Source of the DNA: Eledone cirrhosa
Taxonomy: Eukaryota
Direction of reading: 5' to 3'
Length of the DNA stretch: 64,000 nucleotides
Assembly: GCA_964016885.1 (NCBI GenBank)
Contig: OZ024740.1
Coordinates: 390,848,001-390,912,000 of the forward strand
Shown here: one piece after another, positions 1 to 12,556 of the stretch
How positions within the stretch are numbered: position 1 is the stretch's first letter
How the letters are laid out: the number at the start of each line of letters is the position of its first letter
The notes under the pieces: model-generated
Told to the model about the DNA's origin: nothing
Seen by the model: the letters and a program-made list of their open reading frames with translations, nothing else
The model's database searches: none
Made by a program: the position numbers and the translations under genes

Positions 1-386
1 CTTAACACCGTATGGCATAAATTCAGGCTGTTCAGTTTGTTTACAAACGAACAAAGCGACGTTAGCGCCGCTAAACTGATACGTGCATATATGTATGTGT
101 ACCTGTATGCATATGTATGTATATATGTATATATATATATATATATGTGCATGCTACTGTACGTCTGTATACATATATGTATGTACGTATACATGCATAC
201 TTACATTTAAGTAAGTGCCATACTAAGAGTGAGAAATGAAATTTCGTTTTCATTTTGTTTCAATTTATCGTTTTCGGTATGCCTGACCGATTTAACTCAC
301 TCAATATGCAAATTAGGCTGCTCAGCCGTTAATTTTCATAAGGAAAGTATATACTTTCGAACGTTCAACTATCTGGCAGATGGGTA

Positions 387-431
387 AACGGTGCTGATGA
401 TAGCTAACAAGCTTGAAACTAGTACATCGTT
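387..431 (+). ncRNA. Minimal type I hammerhead ribozyme (unit 1)
   Basis: aacggtg-CTGATGA-t-agct(aaca)agct-t-GAAA-ctag-TA-catcgtt. Stem I is 7 bp (one G.U), stem II 4 bp, stem III minimal and palindromic. GUA cleavage triplet ends at 424. U.U replaces G10.1-C11.1. Confidence 0.75.
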
Positions 432-854
432 CCTGTGTCAGTGTTGAACAAAAAGGTGACGTGGTTGCCTTAACACCGTATGGCATAAATTCAGGCTGTT
501 CAGTTTGTTTACAAACGAACAAAGCGACGTTAGCGCCGCTAAACTGATACGTGCATATATGTATGTGTACCTGTATGCATATGTATGTATATATGTATAT
601 ATATATATATATATGTGCATGCTACTGTACGTCTGTATACATATATGTATGTACGTATACATGCATACTTACATTTAAGTAAGTGCCATACTAAGAGTGA
701 GAAATGAAATTTCGTTTTCATTTTGTTTCAATTTATCGTTTTCGGTATGCCTGACCGATTTAACTCACTCAATATGCAAATTAGGCTGCTCAGCCGTTAA
801 TTTTCATAAGGAAAGTATATACTTTCGAACGTTCAACTATCTGGCAGATGGGTA

Positions 855-899
855 AACGGTGCTGATGATAGCTAACAAGCTTGAAACTAGTACATCGTT
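855..899 (+). ncRNA. Minimal type I hammerhead ribozyme (unit 2)
   Basis: Identical to 387-431 shifted by 468; predicted cleavage after 892. Confidence 0.75.
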
Positions 900-1046
900 C
901 CTGTGTCAGTGTTGAACAAAAAGGTGACGTGGTTGCCTTAACACCGTATGGCATAAATTCAGGCTGTTCAGTTTGTTTACAAACGAACAAAGCGACGTTA
1001 GCGCCGCTAAACTGATACGTGCATATATGTATGTGTACCTGTATGC

Positions 1047-1657
1047 TGATGTCAGGTCACCAGTTGGTGCTACTGGTAACATGTATCCCAGTACAACCTG
1101 TCTCATGGTCGGGTCGTTGGCGACTAAACTGGCAACCCCACCAAGGTTTCTTGGTGAGGAGGGTGACTTTGGACATCCTGCAGGACTAAAAACAAAACCT
1201 GTCAAAGGGCAAAGGAGCTCTTAAGAGTCAATGGCCATCCAAAATCACCGGGAGAGATGACCCCTTAGCCTTTGTCAAGGCAGAATTCTAGGAGAAGGAA
1301 AACTCTGATATAACACCTGCAACCTTGATGGTATCCAATGATGTTGAATTGTTCTTCTTTTTGGTAAATATCATCTTGGTTAAGAGAGTGGGACTGGCTT
1401 TGTGCAGTGCCTTTGCTCACTATAAAAGCTTCACGGCACAGGCATTGCTTTATATCTGGAGATCTCTCTGCACTTGTCCTCACATGGTACCATGGGCCCA
1501 GCACTATGTGTCAATAATTGTCACAAGTGTAGTGTTTGTACCAGAGTTTTCAAGTCGCTGGCTGGACTAAAAAGTCACACTCATGCAGCGCTTCGGTAGG
1601 GGTTCTCCTACATGGATATAAAGTAGTGGCCATACTCGAAAACGAGTTGGCAGCCAC
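1047..1657 (+). mobile_element. Short RTE-clade-derived element (5'UTR-like part joined to an ORF C-terminal zinc finger and 3'UTR), inserted in the TA-rich part of the third repeat unit
   Basis: The repeat unit is interrupted at 1046 and resumes at ~1658. 1522-1599 reads HKCSVCTRVFKSLAGLKSHTHAALR*, like the terminal C2H2-type finger of RTE/BovB ORFs. ctaggagaaggaaaactctga resembles RTE 5'UTR sequence (from memory). Confidence 0.55.
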
Positions 1658-1774
1658 CATATATATATATATATGTGCATGCTACTGTACGTCTGTATAC
1701 ATATATGTATGTACGTATACATGCATACTTATATGCATATAGATATATGTAAATTGAAAAGTAAATTGACAATA

Positions 1775-2420
1775 TCTTCTTCTTCATCCACTTATTTCTG
1801 AGAGGGTCGTGGGCGCAGAGTCCTTCTCAAACACTCCTTCCAGCGAGTCTGTCAGAAGCAAACATCTCTAACTGATGCAGCTGGATCCCAAAGCGTGACC
1901 AGTCAAGCTCATGGATGTTATCCAACTATCTTGCTCAGGGTCTACCTCTGGGTCTCTTGCCGGTTGGTTTTGCCTGTAAAATGTGTCAAGCGATTCTTTA
2001 CTGAGACTTTCTAACCACATGCTCATAATATCGGAGTTGTGATCTCTCAATTCGGAAAAGTAGCGGCTCTACCAGGAGTGACTCTCTGGTCTCTAAGCTA
2101 GCTATACACTTTATCGAGTAACGTTACTCCAAAGACCCTTCGGAGGAATCCCATTTCTGCCACTTTTATTTGCAATTGTATTCTTTTGGTCATTACTCAA
2201 GATTCATGATCGTCGATAAGAGTTGGCAGGAATACCAGGAAGACAGCGAGTTTGGCTTTTACGCTTACCCCCTTCATCTGATTGCTGAATGCTTAGACTG
2301 GCGCATTACTGCATCAATTCAGCCTCCTGCATTCCATCACTCATTAACACGGCTCCAAGATACTTGAACTTCTCTAACTGCTTCAGTAGAACTCCATTCA
2401 CATGTATATAAATTTGAGGG
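1775..2420 (-). mobile_element. RTE-clade (Expander/Rex3-like) LINE 3' fragment, degenerate
   Basis: Minus strand NGVLLKQLEKFKYLGAVLMSDG..., homologous to 7755-8345 and 10180-11240. Short (GAA)n tail at ~1775. Confidence 0.8.
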
Positions 2421-2599
2421 ACTTTTGTCCACTCGTCCCTTACGCAATGTGTATGTGTGTTTGTGTGAATGTATGTGTGTGTAAAAGGAAGGAAAGCGAT
2501 ACACACATATATATATATGTCTAACTTAAAAACACACACACGTGTGAACTTAAGAACGCCGACAAAATCACGCGCGCGCACATACACACACTGTACTAT

Positions 2600-3200
2600 T
2601 ACCACTTAAGAGCTTTGGCCCGGGCAAACATCCCCTCAATTTTGAAACCATCTGGGTTGGCCTGAATTGATGGAAAAAGACTTGAAGGTCTTACTCTGTG
2701 CTCCTGGTCAAGAGGCAGGTGCCTTACCTGGGACGTCACAGTTAGTGACTCTTTTGCTTCTTCCCACATTCTGGATGCAGAGGTTAGAGCGAGAGCTACA
2801 GCACCCGCAGCTGAACGGAACAAAATCCTAAAATACCGTGATCTGTCAGCTAACTGCATTATCCAGCCTGTGGCGTTCGAACGTTTAGGGGAGTCAGGCT
2901 ACTGACAGCGAGATTCTTATCTTCACTGGCGGCTCGCCAAACAGAGGTAACTGGTAATGCTTGTGGGGGCACTTGGTTGTTCCAGCACCTCAGCCTCGCC
3001 CATCACCCCAGGTAACGCTGCGAGCGTGCTGGCCTCCCTCAAAAATTATTAGAGAGGTTTTCCAGTGCTCCTCGCTATATTGCTATCTTTTGATCTGGTA
3101 GCGGCTCTTTTGACCACTCTTTCGCCTGCATTTTGTTCTATGTGGTCTAAGATGTGTGTATTACGTGCTTGTGTATTTTTTTCTTTCTTTTTTCCCTTTC
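2600..3200 (+). mobile_element. CRE-clade non-LTR retrotransposon 3' fragment (restriction-like endonuclease domain)
   Basis: Plus-strand remnants DGKRLEGLTLCSWSRGRCLTWDVTVSD...AAERNKILKYRDL...QPVAFE...WLFQHLSLA...GNAASVL, matching the typical CRE RLE C-terminus. Confidence 0.7.
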
Positions 3201-3225
3201 CCTTTCCTTTGCATATATTATATTG

Positions 3226-3745
3226 AATTGGCAGTATCGGTAGAGGGTTGGCCGCCATGCTTTCTAGCATAGTTACGTCCCTTTGCGGTCTGAGTTTAAT
3301 TCCCGTCGAGGTTAACTTTGCCTTTCATCCTTACGGGGTCGATAAAATAAAGTACCAGTAATGCACTGGGATAATTGCTGGCCTTGTGCCAAAAGTAGAA
3401 ACAATCATTAAAAAGGGTAGTGGATTGGTAGTATCGGTAGAGGCTCGGATGCCATGCTTTGCAGCATAGAGTTACGGCTCCTTACGATCTGAGTTTAAAT
3501 TCCATCGAAGTTAACTTTGTCTTTCATCCTTACGGGGTCGATAAAATAAAGTACCAGTAATACACAGGGATAATTGCTGACTTTGTGCCAAAAGTAGAAA
3601 CAATTATATTTGTTAGTGTTTTCGTTCTGTAACCATTATATTAAATGAGGTTAACTTTGCCTTTCATCTTTACGGGGTCGATAAAATAAAGTACCAGTAA
3701 TGTACTGGGTAATTGCTGGCATTGTGCCTAAAGTAGAAACAATTA
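3226..3745 (+). mobile_element. Cluster of tRNA-derived SINEs (two full, one 3' partial)
   Basis: A-box-like tggcagtatcggtagag, B-box-like gagttcaaatccc, core gaggttaactttgcctttcatccttacggggtcgataaaataaagtaccag, 3' end ggccttgtgccaaaagtagaaacaattatt. Confidence 0.9.
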
Positions 3746-4272
3746 TATTAAATGAGTTTTTTAAAAAAAGAGTTAATAAATAAATAAAGAGTTAATGAAT
3801 AAATAAAACGTTATACCTCTTTTACCCTCCCATTTCCAATTCACAGAACGCTGCTATCATGTATGTGTTTGTGTAAATGTATATGTGTGAATGTATGTAT
3901 GTTTGTGGGAAAGCATGTGCGAGTGTATGTGTATTTATCTGAATGTGTGTCCGTGAGCGTCTATTTTTATAAGTTTGTGTGTGCGCGATTATAGTTATAT
4001 ACTCATTATAGTTATATACTCATACATATAGATGTATGTATGTGCACACTCATATAAGTTAGCGTGTAGAAAATCATAATCTCTCTATCGCTCTCATCAC
4101 GCACTCTCTCTTTCTATATATATGGTAGTTGAAGTGGTGGTGGTGGTGGCGACGATATACCGGAAGTGTAGAAATGTGAACGAAACTTTGAAAAGAAGTC
4201 AATTTTAAATTATTAATGTTTACGAAATTTAGTTACGAAATTTAATACATAAATGATGTAATATTCATTCAT

Positions 4273-4456
4273 TATTGGCAGTATCGTTAGAGGATCGGAC
4301 TCCATGCTTTGACACATAGAGTTACGGCCCTTGCCATTCTGAGTTCAAATCCCGCCGAGGTTAACTTTGCCTTTTATCCTTACGGGGTCGATAAAATAAA
4401 GTACCAGTAATGTACTGGGTAATTGCTGGCCTTGTGCCAAAAGTAGAAACAATTAT
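4273..4456 (+). mobile_element. SINE with ATTATT target-site duplication
   Basis: Filled site ttcattc-attatt-[SINE]-attatt-tattcaaag versus empty paralogous site tcattc-attatt-tattcaaag at ~9765-9785. Confidence 0.9.
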
Positions 4457-4721
4457 TTATTCAAAGTAATCCAACTTATTTTACTAACTAGATTAAAAGA
4501 AATAAACCGTTCGCAGTCCCGCGGTCCTTACTTCATTGTAGTTTAGATAGAGTACGTTTTTAAGGAAATTTGGCTGCCATATCTATTAAATGGAATGACC
4601 GTGTTGATTTGTTCTAAATACATATTGCGTTTACTTAATGTTTACTATCTATTTCCATGTATTTGTGTTTAACCTTTATTAGCAGCATTAATGTTATTCC
4701 TCATTCTTTAATTATTTTCAG

Positions 4722-4802
4722 CTAAACTACACTGGTGCAAGTATGAATCCTGCAAGATCATTAGGACCAGCAATTATAATGCAAAAATGGGAAGATCACT
4801 GG
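4722..4802 (+). CDS. AQP4-like: Aquaporin (classical, AQP4-like) penultimate coding exon with second NPA motif
   Basis: ttttcAG|CTA...TGG|GTaag; 81 nt, phase 0/0; [27 protein letters not shown] (human AQP4 equivalent [27 protein letters not shown]). NPARS rather than NPARD argues against an aquaglyceroporin. Upstream exons are outside the window. Confidence 0.95.
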
Positions 4803-5164
4803 GTAAGATTTTCTTTCACTTCTATTTTCTTCAAATAAAAAAAAAAAAAAAACATGTAGGGGAATGCAGAGACAATTAAATTAATTGAAATACCTGACTG
4901 ATACTTTATGTTATCGATCGCAGAATGATGAAAGACAAATCAACCTCACTGAGTTTTGAGCTCAGAAAGTAAAAAGATTAAGAAAGAATCCATTTGTCAC
5001 ATTCGCCTGTACACATATATACATTCATACAGGCATACAGATATCTCTATGCATCTATAATTTTTAGATTTAAAAAATCTTACAAAACAAATACATAACC
5101 GATATATAAATACTTAAACGATATATATATATATAAAATGTAATCTGAGTTTTTCGAATATTAA

Positions 5165-5355
5165 TAATTGTTTCTACTTTTGGCACAAGGCCAGCAATTA
5201 CCAGTACATTACTGGTACTTTATTTTATCGACCCCGGTAGGGATGAAAGGCAAAGTTAACCTCGGCGGGATTTGAACTCAGTCCACAAAGGGACGTAACT
5301 CTGTGCTGGAAAGCATGGTGTCCGACTCTCTACCGATACTGCCAATCCACCGCCC
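5165..5355 (-). mobile_element. SINE, reverse orientation
   Basis: Reverse complement of the SINE consensus with aataat flanks. Confidence 0.9.
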
Positions 5356-5801
5356 TCGAATATTAATAATAACATTCGATTCGTTTGCAATTTTGCAAAC
5401 AAGCCTCAATTTTATAGCCATGTCAGTAGAATGAACATTTCATTCTTGCTCTTATGTTGGCATATATATCGGTTTTGTATTTGCTTTGCAAGATTTTTTA
5501 TCTGAAAGAGATATTATTATAATTGGGAGGGTCATACTGCCAATAAAAAGACACACCTGTTGGATTTCACTTCAATTTGTTATAATAATTTCCCAGTCGG
5601 TTAGGGTAATAGCCGGCGGTTGTTTAGTTGTTGATTGTCAAAGCTCATTCGTCCCAAATATTATGGGTCTCCCTTCTTCGGGGCAAACACTGATGCTTTA
5701 TAAGAAAAAATAATTATAAGAAACAACGATTTAAGTGTGAGAAAACAACAAACTTGCGGGAACTTACAATAATACGTCTGTACAAACTAATAACAATGAT
5801 T

Positions 5802-5952
5802 TAGAAGAAGAAGAAGAAGAAGAAGAAGAAGAAGAAGAAGAAGAAGAAGAAGAAGAAGAAGAAGAAGAAGAAGAAGAAGAAGAAGAAGAAGAAGAAGAAG
5901 AAGAAGAACAACAACAACAACAACAACAACAACAGCAGCAGTAGTAGCAGCA
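5802..5952. repeat. Compound (GAA)n-(CAA)n-(CAG)n microsatellite
   Basis: Directly visible. Confidence 0.95.
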
Positions 5953-6239
5953 GATGCAATTGCGACAACAAGAACATTTATTCTAAAAAATATATATAAA
6001 TGGTTATGTATGGATTCAGATAATGAAGCTAGAGTTATTCTGGAAACCTAAGAAGATTACCAGCTTAAGAAATAGAATTGTTTGGCTTCGTATAATGGGT
6101 AACATTGTATCCATACATATGTAATTTGATACATAATCATCCATCAATAAACGCAGATGCACATACAGAAGGACAATCACAAAAATGAATACAATTACTC
6201 ATACACACACACATTTATATATATATAGTTACACCCCCT

Positions 6240-6295
<56 letters not shown>

Positions 6296-6436
6296 GAACG
6301 AGTAGGACCCCGACGGCTGAGCTCAAGCCGTTTCGACGGCTAATTCTGGACTACTCTATTACCCACTCTACTACCCTAAGTATTGAGTACTTTGGTGCGT
6401 TATGGTCCACCTGGTTCCTTACCACATTTCCTTCGT

Positions 6437-7094
<658 letters not shown>

Positions 7095-7188
7095 AATAGT
7101 AATAATAATAAATGTGAAGACTAAAATCCAAAGAGGGCTCGATAAGGATAATATATATCAAATATATAAGAACCCTAAAGCAAATATT

Positions 7189-7420
7189 TATTAAAATAAC
7201 AGATTAAAGTTAAGGGTGAAAGCAGCGATTCTTTGCTTAAACTTTAATCTGTTATTTTAATATCAGACCGATCTTCAGCTCGGTCTGAGTGTGGTTGTAC
7301 AGAAAAGGAAACACGGCCGTCGATCTCAGTGACAAGAAGGGATACGGTTGTTTTTCTTTTTCCGTACAACCACACTCAGAGCGAGCTGAAGATCCGCAAG
7401 GTGAAACATTTGTTCCCGGT
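7189..7420 (+). other. Two adjacent hairpins plus a hammerhead-like core
   Basis: Perfect 23-bp inverted repeat 7189-7211/7240-7262. 31-bp inverted repeat with one mismatch at 7270-7300/7364-7394. CTGAAGA-t-cc(gcaa)gg-t-GAAA-c(attt)g-TT at 7386-7414. Confidence 0.55.
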
Positions 7421-7679
7421 ATGGTGAACTAATTGTTGTGATACCACTTCTACCAAACTCGTCCCATGGACTAGGTGCTCTACTAGTACGGATATAACCC
7501 TCCAGTGTTCTACTATTATATATCTATATGTGTGTGTGCGTGTGTGTGTGTGGTGTGTGTGTGTGTGAGAGTAATTGTATTCATAATTTTATTCATGATT
7601 ATGTGTCAAATTGCATATGTATGGATAAAATGGTGCCCATTATATGAAGCCAAACAATTCTATTCATATTTATATTTAG

Positions 7680-7745
<66 letters not shown>

Positions 7746-7754
7746 ACTCCCTCC

Positions 7755-9506
7755 TGTCAAAGGCAAACATCTCTAACTGATCCAGCTGGATCCCAAAGCG
7801 TGACCAGCCAAGCTCATGGATGTTATCCAACTATCTTGTTCAGGGTCTACCTCTGGGTCTCCTGTCAGTTGGTTTTGCCAGTAAAATCTGTCCAACGATT
7901 CTTTCCTAAGACATTCTAACCAATTGCCCATAGTATCGGAGCTGTGATCTCTCAATTCGAAGAAATAGCGGCTCTACCAGGAGTGACTTTCTGATCTCCA
8001 AGCTATGCACTTTATCGAGTAAAGTTACTCCAAAGACCCTTCGGAAGAGCCCCATTTCTGCTTGTATATGCAATTGTATTCTTTCGCTCATTATCCAAGA
8101 TTCATGACCCTCAGTAAGTGTTGGCATGAATACCAGGAAGACAGGGAGTTTGGCTTTAACGCCTACCTCCCTTCTTCTGATAACTGAATGCAGAAGCTGG
8201 CGCATTACTGCATCAGCTTTTGCAATTCTTGCACTTAATTCAACCTCCTGCTTTCCATCACTCATGAACACGGCCCCGAGAAACTTGAAATTCTCTAACT
8301 GCTTCAATAGAACTCCATTCACATGTATATAAATTTGAGGGTTTCGGCCCATCCGTCCATCACATACTGTGTGTGTGTTTGTGTGAATGTATGTGTGTGT
8401 AAAATGAAGGAAGGGGATACACACATATATATGTCTCTAACTTAAAAAACGGTGACACACACACGCGCAGATCCCTAATTTAAGAAAGCCGACAAACTCA
8501 CACGTACGCACATACACACACTGTCCTATTATCACTTAAGAGCTTTGGCCCGGGCAAACATCAGTTCAATTTTAGAACTTATCTAGGACATGGCAGTTAA
8601 TGATTTTTTTGCTTCTTCCCACATCCTGAATGCAGCGGTAAGGGCGAGAACTAGAGCATCCGCAACTGAACGGAACAAAATCCTAAAATACATTTTCCAG
8701 CCTGTGGCGTTCGAGATGTTTGGAGGAGTCGGGCTACAGACAGCGAGGTTCTTATTTTCATTGGTGGCTCGCCTAACCGAGGTAATTGGTGGTACTCGTG
8801 AGGACGCTTAGTTGTTCCAGCACCTCAGCCTCGCCATCACCCAAGGTAACGCTGCGAGTGTGCTTACTTGCCTCGAAAATTATTAGAGAGGTTTCCCAGT
8901 GCTCCTCGCTATATTGTTGTTATCTTTAGCTCTGGTGGCGACTCGTTTGTCCACCCCTTTCGCCTGCCTTTTGTTGTATGTGGTCCTAGATGTGTGTATT
9001 ACCCGCTTATGTGTTTTTTTATTCTTTCTTTTTTCCTTTCCTTTTCCTTTTTATATATAATATTTGTTTGTGTTTTCGTTCTTTAAGCATTATATTATTA
9101 TATGTTTTTACACAACTGTGAATAAACCTGTAACAACAAATAAGTTTTAAAAAAGAACTAAATTGTTAAAAATAAATAAATTAAAAGTTATACTTCATTT
9201 TACCCTCCCATTTCCAAATTTATCGGACGCTGCTATCATGCTGTATGTGTATGCGCGTGTGAAAGTGTGTGTATTTGTGTGAATGTATGTCCGTGAGTGT
9301 GTATTTCTGTAAGTGTCTGTGTTTGCGCGATTATAGTTATATACTCATACATATAAATGTATGTATATATGCACATACACACACGCACACACATTCACGT
9401 CAGCGTGTTGAAAAAATGCTAATCTTTTCATCTCTCTCTCTCTCTCTCTCCTCCTCCTCCTCTCTCTCTCTCTCAGCTTTTCGCTGCAGTGTTTTCTATA
9501 CCTTTC

Positions 9507-9566
<60 letters not shown>

Positions 9567-9865
9567 CACATAGTCACTCTATCTGTAGCTCTCTCTTTCT
9601 TTCTCGCTCGGTCTATATATATGGTAGTTGAAGTGGTAGTGGTGGCGATATACCGGAAGTGTTAAAATTGGAAACTTTTAAAAGAAGTGAATCTTGAAAT
9701 ACGCAATAAAATTATTCATGATTAATCAAGAGTTACGGAGTTTAGTACATAAAGTATTTAATATCATTCATTATTTATTCAAAGTAATCCAACTGATTTT
9801 ACTAACGGGATAAAAAAATGTAAAGAGGAAACAGTCCTGCACTCCTCCCTTTAATATAGTTAGAT
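7755..9865 (+). repeat. Diverged duplicate of 1849-4550 (RTE fragment, CRE fragment and flanks) lacking the SINE insertions
   Basis: Colinear anchors: 7755~1849, 8530~2600, 8880~3047, 9188~3811, 9618~4119, 9771~4452. Confidence 0.85.
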
Positions 9866-10179
9866 ATAATATCTGCAGTATTAATATCGTTATCTCAAGC
9901 TTAACCATTTTATCATTTTTTTTTTTTTTACTAGATTTGTTTGTACTAGGTATTCTACTAGTTTTTCTTTTTAGTATGTGTTTTTTTGTGATCGAATTTA
10001 GGAGATCAGCCAAATATTCTCTCCACCTCGCGATGATTCACCTCTCTGAAGAGAAGAGAACCACACACGCGTTCCTGATAGCTGGTGTGGAGAAGGGTAT
10101 CTTATGACGAAGTCGGCGGATGGTCTGCCAGAACACTTTATTTGCTTATTTGCTAACCGGAAGTCGGATTGCAACTTAC

Positions 10180-11300
10180 CCTCAAAGTTCCCGGATGCTC
10201 GAGAAATCATGGGAGTATTGCCAAGAGTTATATTCTTGTGTCATAGACCTCGAAAAGGCATAGGACCACGTTCCTCGGAGTCTGCTGTAGAGGGTTCTGC
10301 AGGAGTATGGAATCGATGATCAGTTTCTTGCTGCCCTGGTGTTTCTATATGAATGCCCGAGTATTTGTATATAAATGGTGCTAAATCGAAACCATTTAAT
10401 GTAGGAATCGAACTCAACCAAGGTTGCGTACTGTCACCTCTTCTGGACATTATGTAAAACCACTGGAATTTGCAGACGGCATGGTGTTACTTAACTCGAC
10501 AAAAGGGGATCACCGAATTGCACTTAATAGGTTTGATGCCGAGTGATGCATGGCTGGAATGAAAATCGGTGCAGCAAAAACTGAAACATTTATCGTCTCA
10601 AGAAACCCTGTGCAGTGCACTCTATATGAGAGTGAAGTTCCGTTGAAACAAGTGGAGAAGTTCAAGTTTCTCGAGCCGTGTTCACGAGTGATGGAAGGCT
10701 GAATTAAGTGCAATAATTGTGGGAGCTGGTGAAGTAATGTGCCAGCTTTAGCATCGGCCATCAGATGAAGGGAGTTAGGTGTAAAAGCCAAGCTCACTAC
10801 CTTCAATTTGGTATTCGTGCCAACCTTATGCCAATTCTTGGATAATGATCGAAAGAATACGACCGAAAGAATACGATCACAAATACAACCGGCCGAAATG
10901 TGATTCCTCCGAAAGGTCTTTGGAGTAACGTTACTCGATAAAGTGTGTAGCTCAGAGATCAAAGAATCACTCCAGGTAGAGCCGCTACATCCCCGAATTG
11001 AGAGACCACAGCTCCGATACTATGGGCATGTGGAAAGAATCGATGGACAGATTTTACGAGCAAAACCAGCCGGCAAGAGACACCAGGAGTAGACCCCAAG
11101 CAAGATGGTTGGATAACATCCATGAGCTTGGATTGTCTCGCTTGGAGATCCAGCTGGATCAGTCAGTTCAAGACGGCTGTTTCTGACAGGACCCGGTGGA
11201 GGAAAGTTACAGAGATCTGGCCCCTACGACCCTCCCAAGAAGAAGAAGAAGAAGAAGAAGAAGAAGAAGGGGAGGAGGAAGAGATGAAGAAGAAGAAGAT
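10180..11300 (+). mobile_element. RTE-clade (Expander/Rex3-like) LINE, 5'-truncated and degenerate, with (GAA)n tail
   Basis: Remnants LEKSWEY...IDLEKA, QGCVLSPLL, LKQVEKFKFL, FLRKVFGVTLLDKV; tail gaagaagaa from ~11238. Confidence 0.85.
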
Positions 11301-11402
11301 ATGTTTTTTTTTACTGCTTCTTTATTCTTTTTTCACTAGGTTTTTTACCACACTTTTTACTACCTTTATTATGTCTATTATTGTTATTATTATCATTTTA
11401 CC

Positions 11403-11740
11403 TGGATTGGCAGTAGAGGGTCGGACGCCATGCTTTGACGTATAGAGTTACGGCCCTTGCCATTCTGAGTTCAAATCCCGCCGAGGTTAACTTTGCCTTT
11501 CATCCTTACGAGGTCTATAAAATAAAGTACCAGTAATGCACTGGGTAATTGCTGGCATTGTGCCAAAAGTAGAAACAATTATTATCATTACAATTAAGTT
11601 CAAATCCCGCCGAGATTAACTTTGCCTTTCATCCCTACGAAGTCGATAAAATAAAGTACCAGTCACGCACTGGGTCGATTTAATCGACTTTCCCCTCCCC
11701 CAAAATTGCTGGCCTTGTGCCTATATAAGAAACCATTATT
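11403..11740 (+). mobile_element. Two tandem SINEs (second 5'-truncated, longer 3' variant)
   Basis: SINE core twice. The second ends ggccttgtgcctatataagaaaccattattat. Confidence 0.9.
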
Positions 11741-12462
11741 ATCTTGCTATTATCAGCATCAAAGATGGTATTATTTAATGGTTTCTCGATTGTTTATACA
11801 CGCACTTACTGTGTGGCATGAACACGGTAGAACATAACTGATGTCTCAGTGGTAATAATAAAAGTATCACAGGACCCGCTAGACCCAGAATAGATATAGC
11901 TGTAGCAATAAATTTGGAGTGCCCTAGGACAAGTGAGGGATGGGGAGAGCGGGAGAGACAAAAGCAGTAACAGTGGAAGTTATATATTTCACAGAAACGT
12001 TCTTAGGAATGTGATGATGTAACCTTATTGTTATACATAAACTGGATGACTATAGATGAATGCGTACGCACACTTGTGTTGATGTTGTTTTATAGTCTCC
12101 GATTTTATTGAAAGGACAAGAAATTGAAATCATTCTGTCATCACTTGAAATATTTAGTACAACCCCAGGAGTTAAAAAAAACCCTCCATTGAAAGAAATT
12201 GGTACACAAAAGAATAGAATTGTTTATCATTTTTAAGAAAACTGTTTTAGCGCCATAAACAGGAGAGGCGAGTCATATAGTCTCTTGACTTTCGCGAACA
12301 TGATTGTGTTAACCAACAACATATCGACCCACCCACAGAATTGTATTAACATCTGATGACGTCACGCTAGTGCAGGTTGCTGTTGTAACGATTGCACAAC
12401 TGCTTCATGTCGGTGTCACAAATATACGTATAATAATAAATATGATTATTTAACTTCTATAA

Positions 12463-12465
<3 letters not shown>

Positions 12466-12547
<82 letters not shown>

Positions 12548-12556
12548 CGTGTGTGT
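12466..12556. repeat. (TG)n microsatellite
   Basis: Directly visible. Confidence 0.95.

Larger units (their letters stand above)
1..1046 (+). repeat. Tandem repeat, 468-bp unit (two full units plus a partial third; may extend left of the window)
   Basis: Position 1 matches 469 and 937 (cttaacaccgtatggc). The ORF track repeats at +468 (71/539, 322/790). Units look identical by eye. Confidence 0.95.

Noticed and set aside
1522-1599. Exon of a host C2H2 zinc-finger gene
   Set aside because: It is a single finger ending in a stop inside an insertion, with no TGEKP linker; better explained as an RTE ORF terminus.
11122-11445. Poly-Glu ORF
   Set aside because: It is a translation of the RTE (GAA)n tail.
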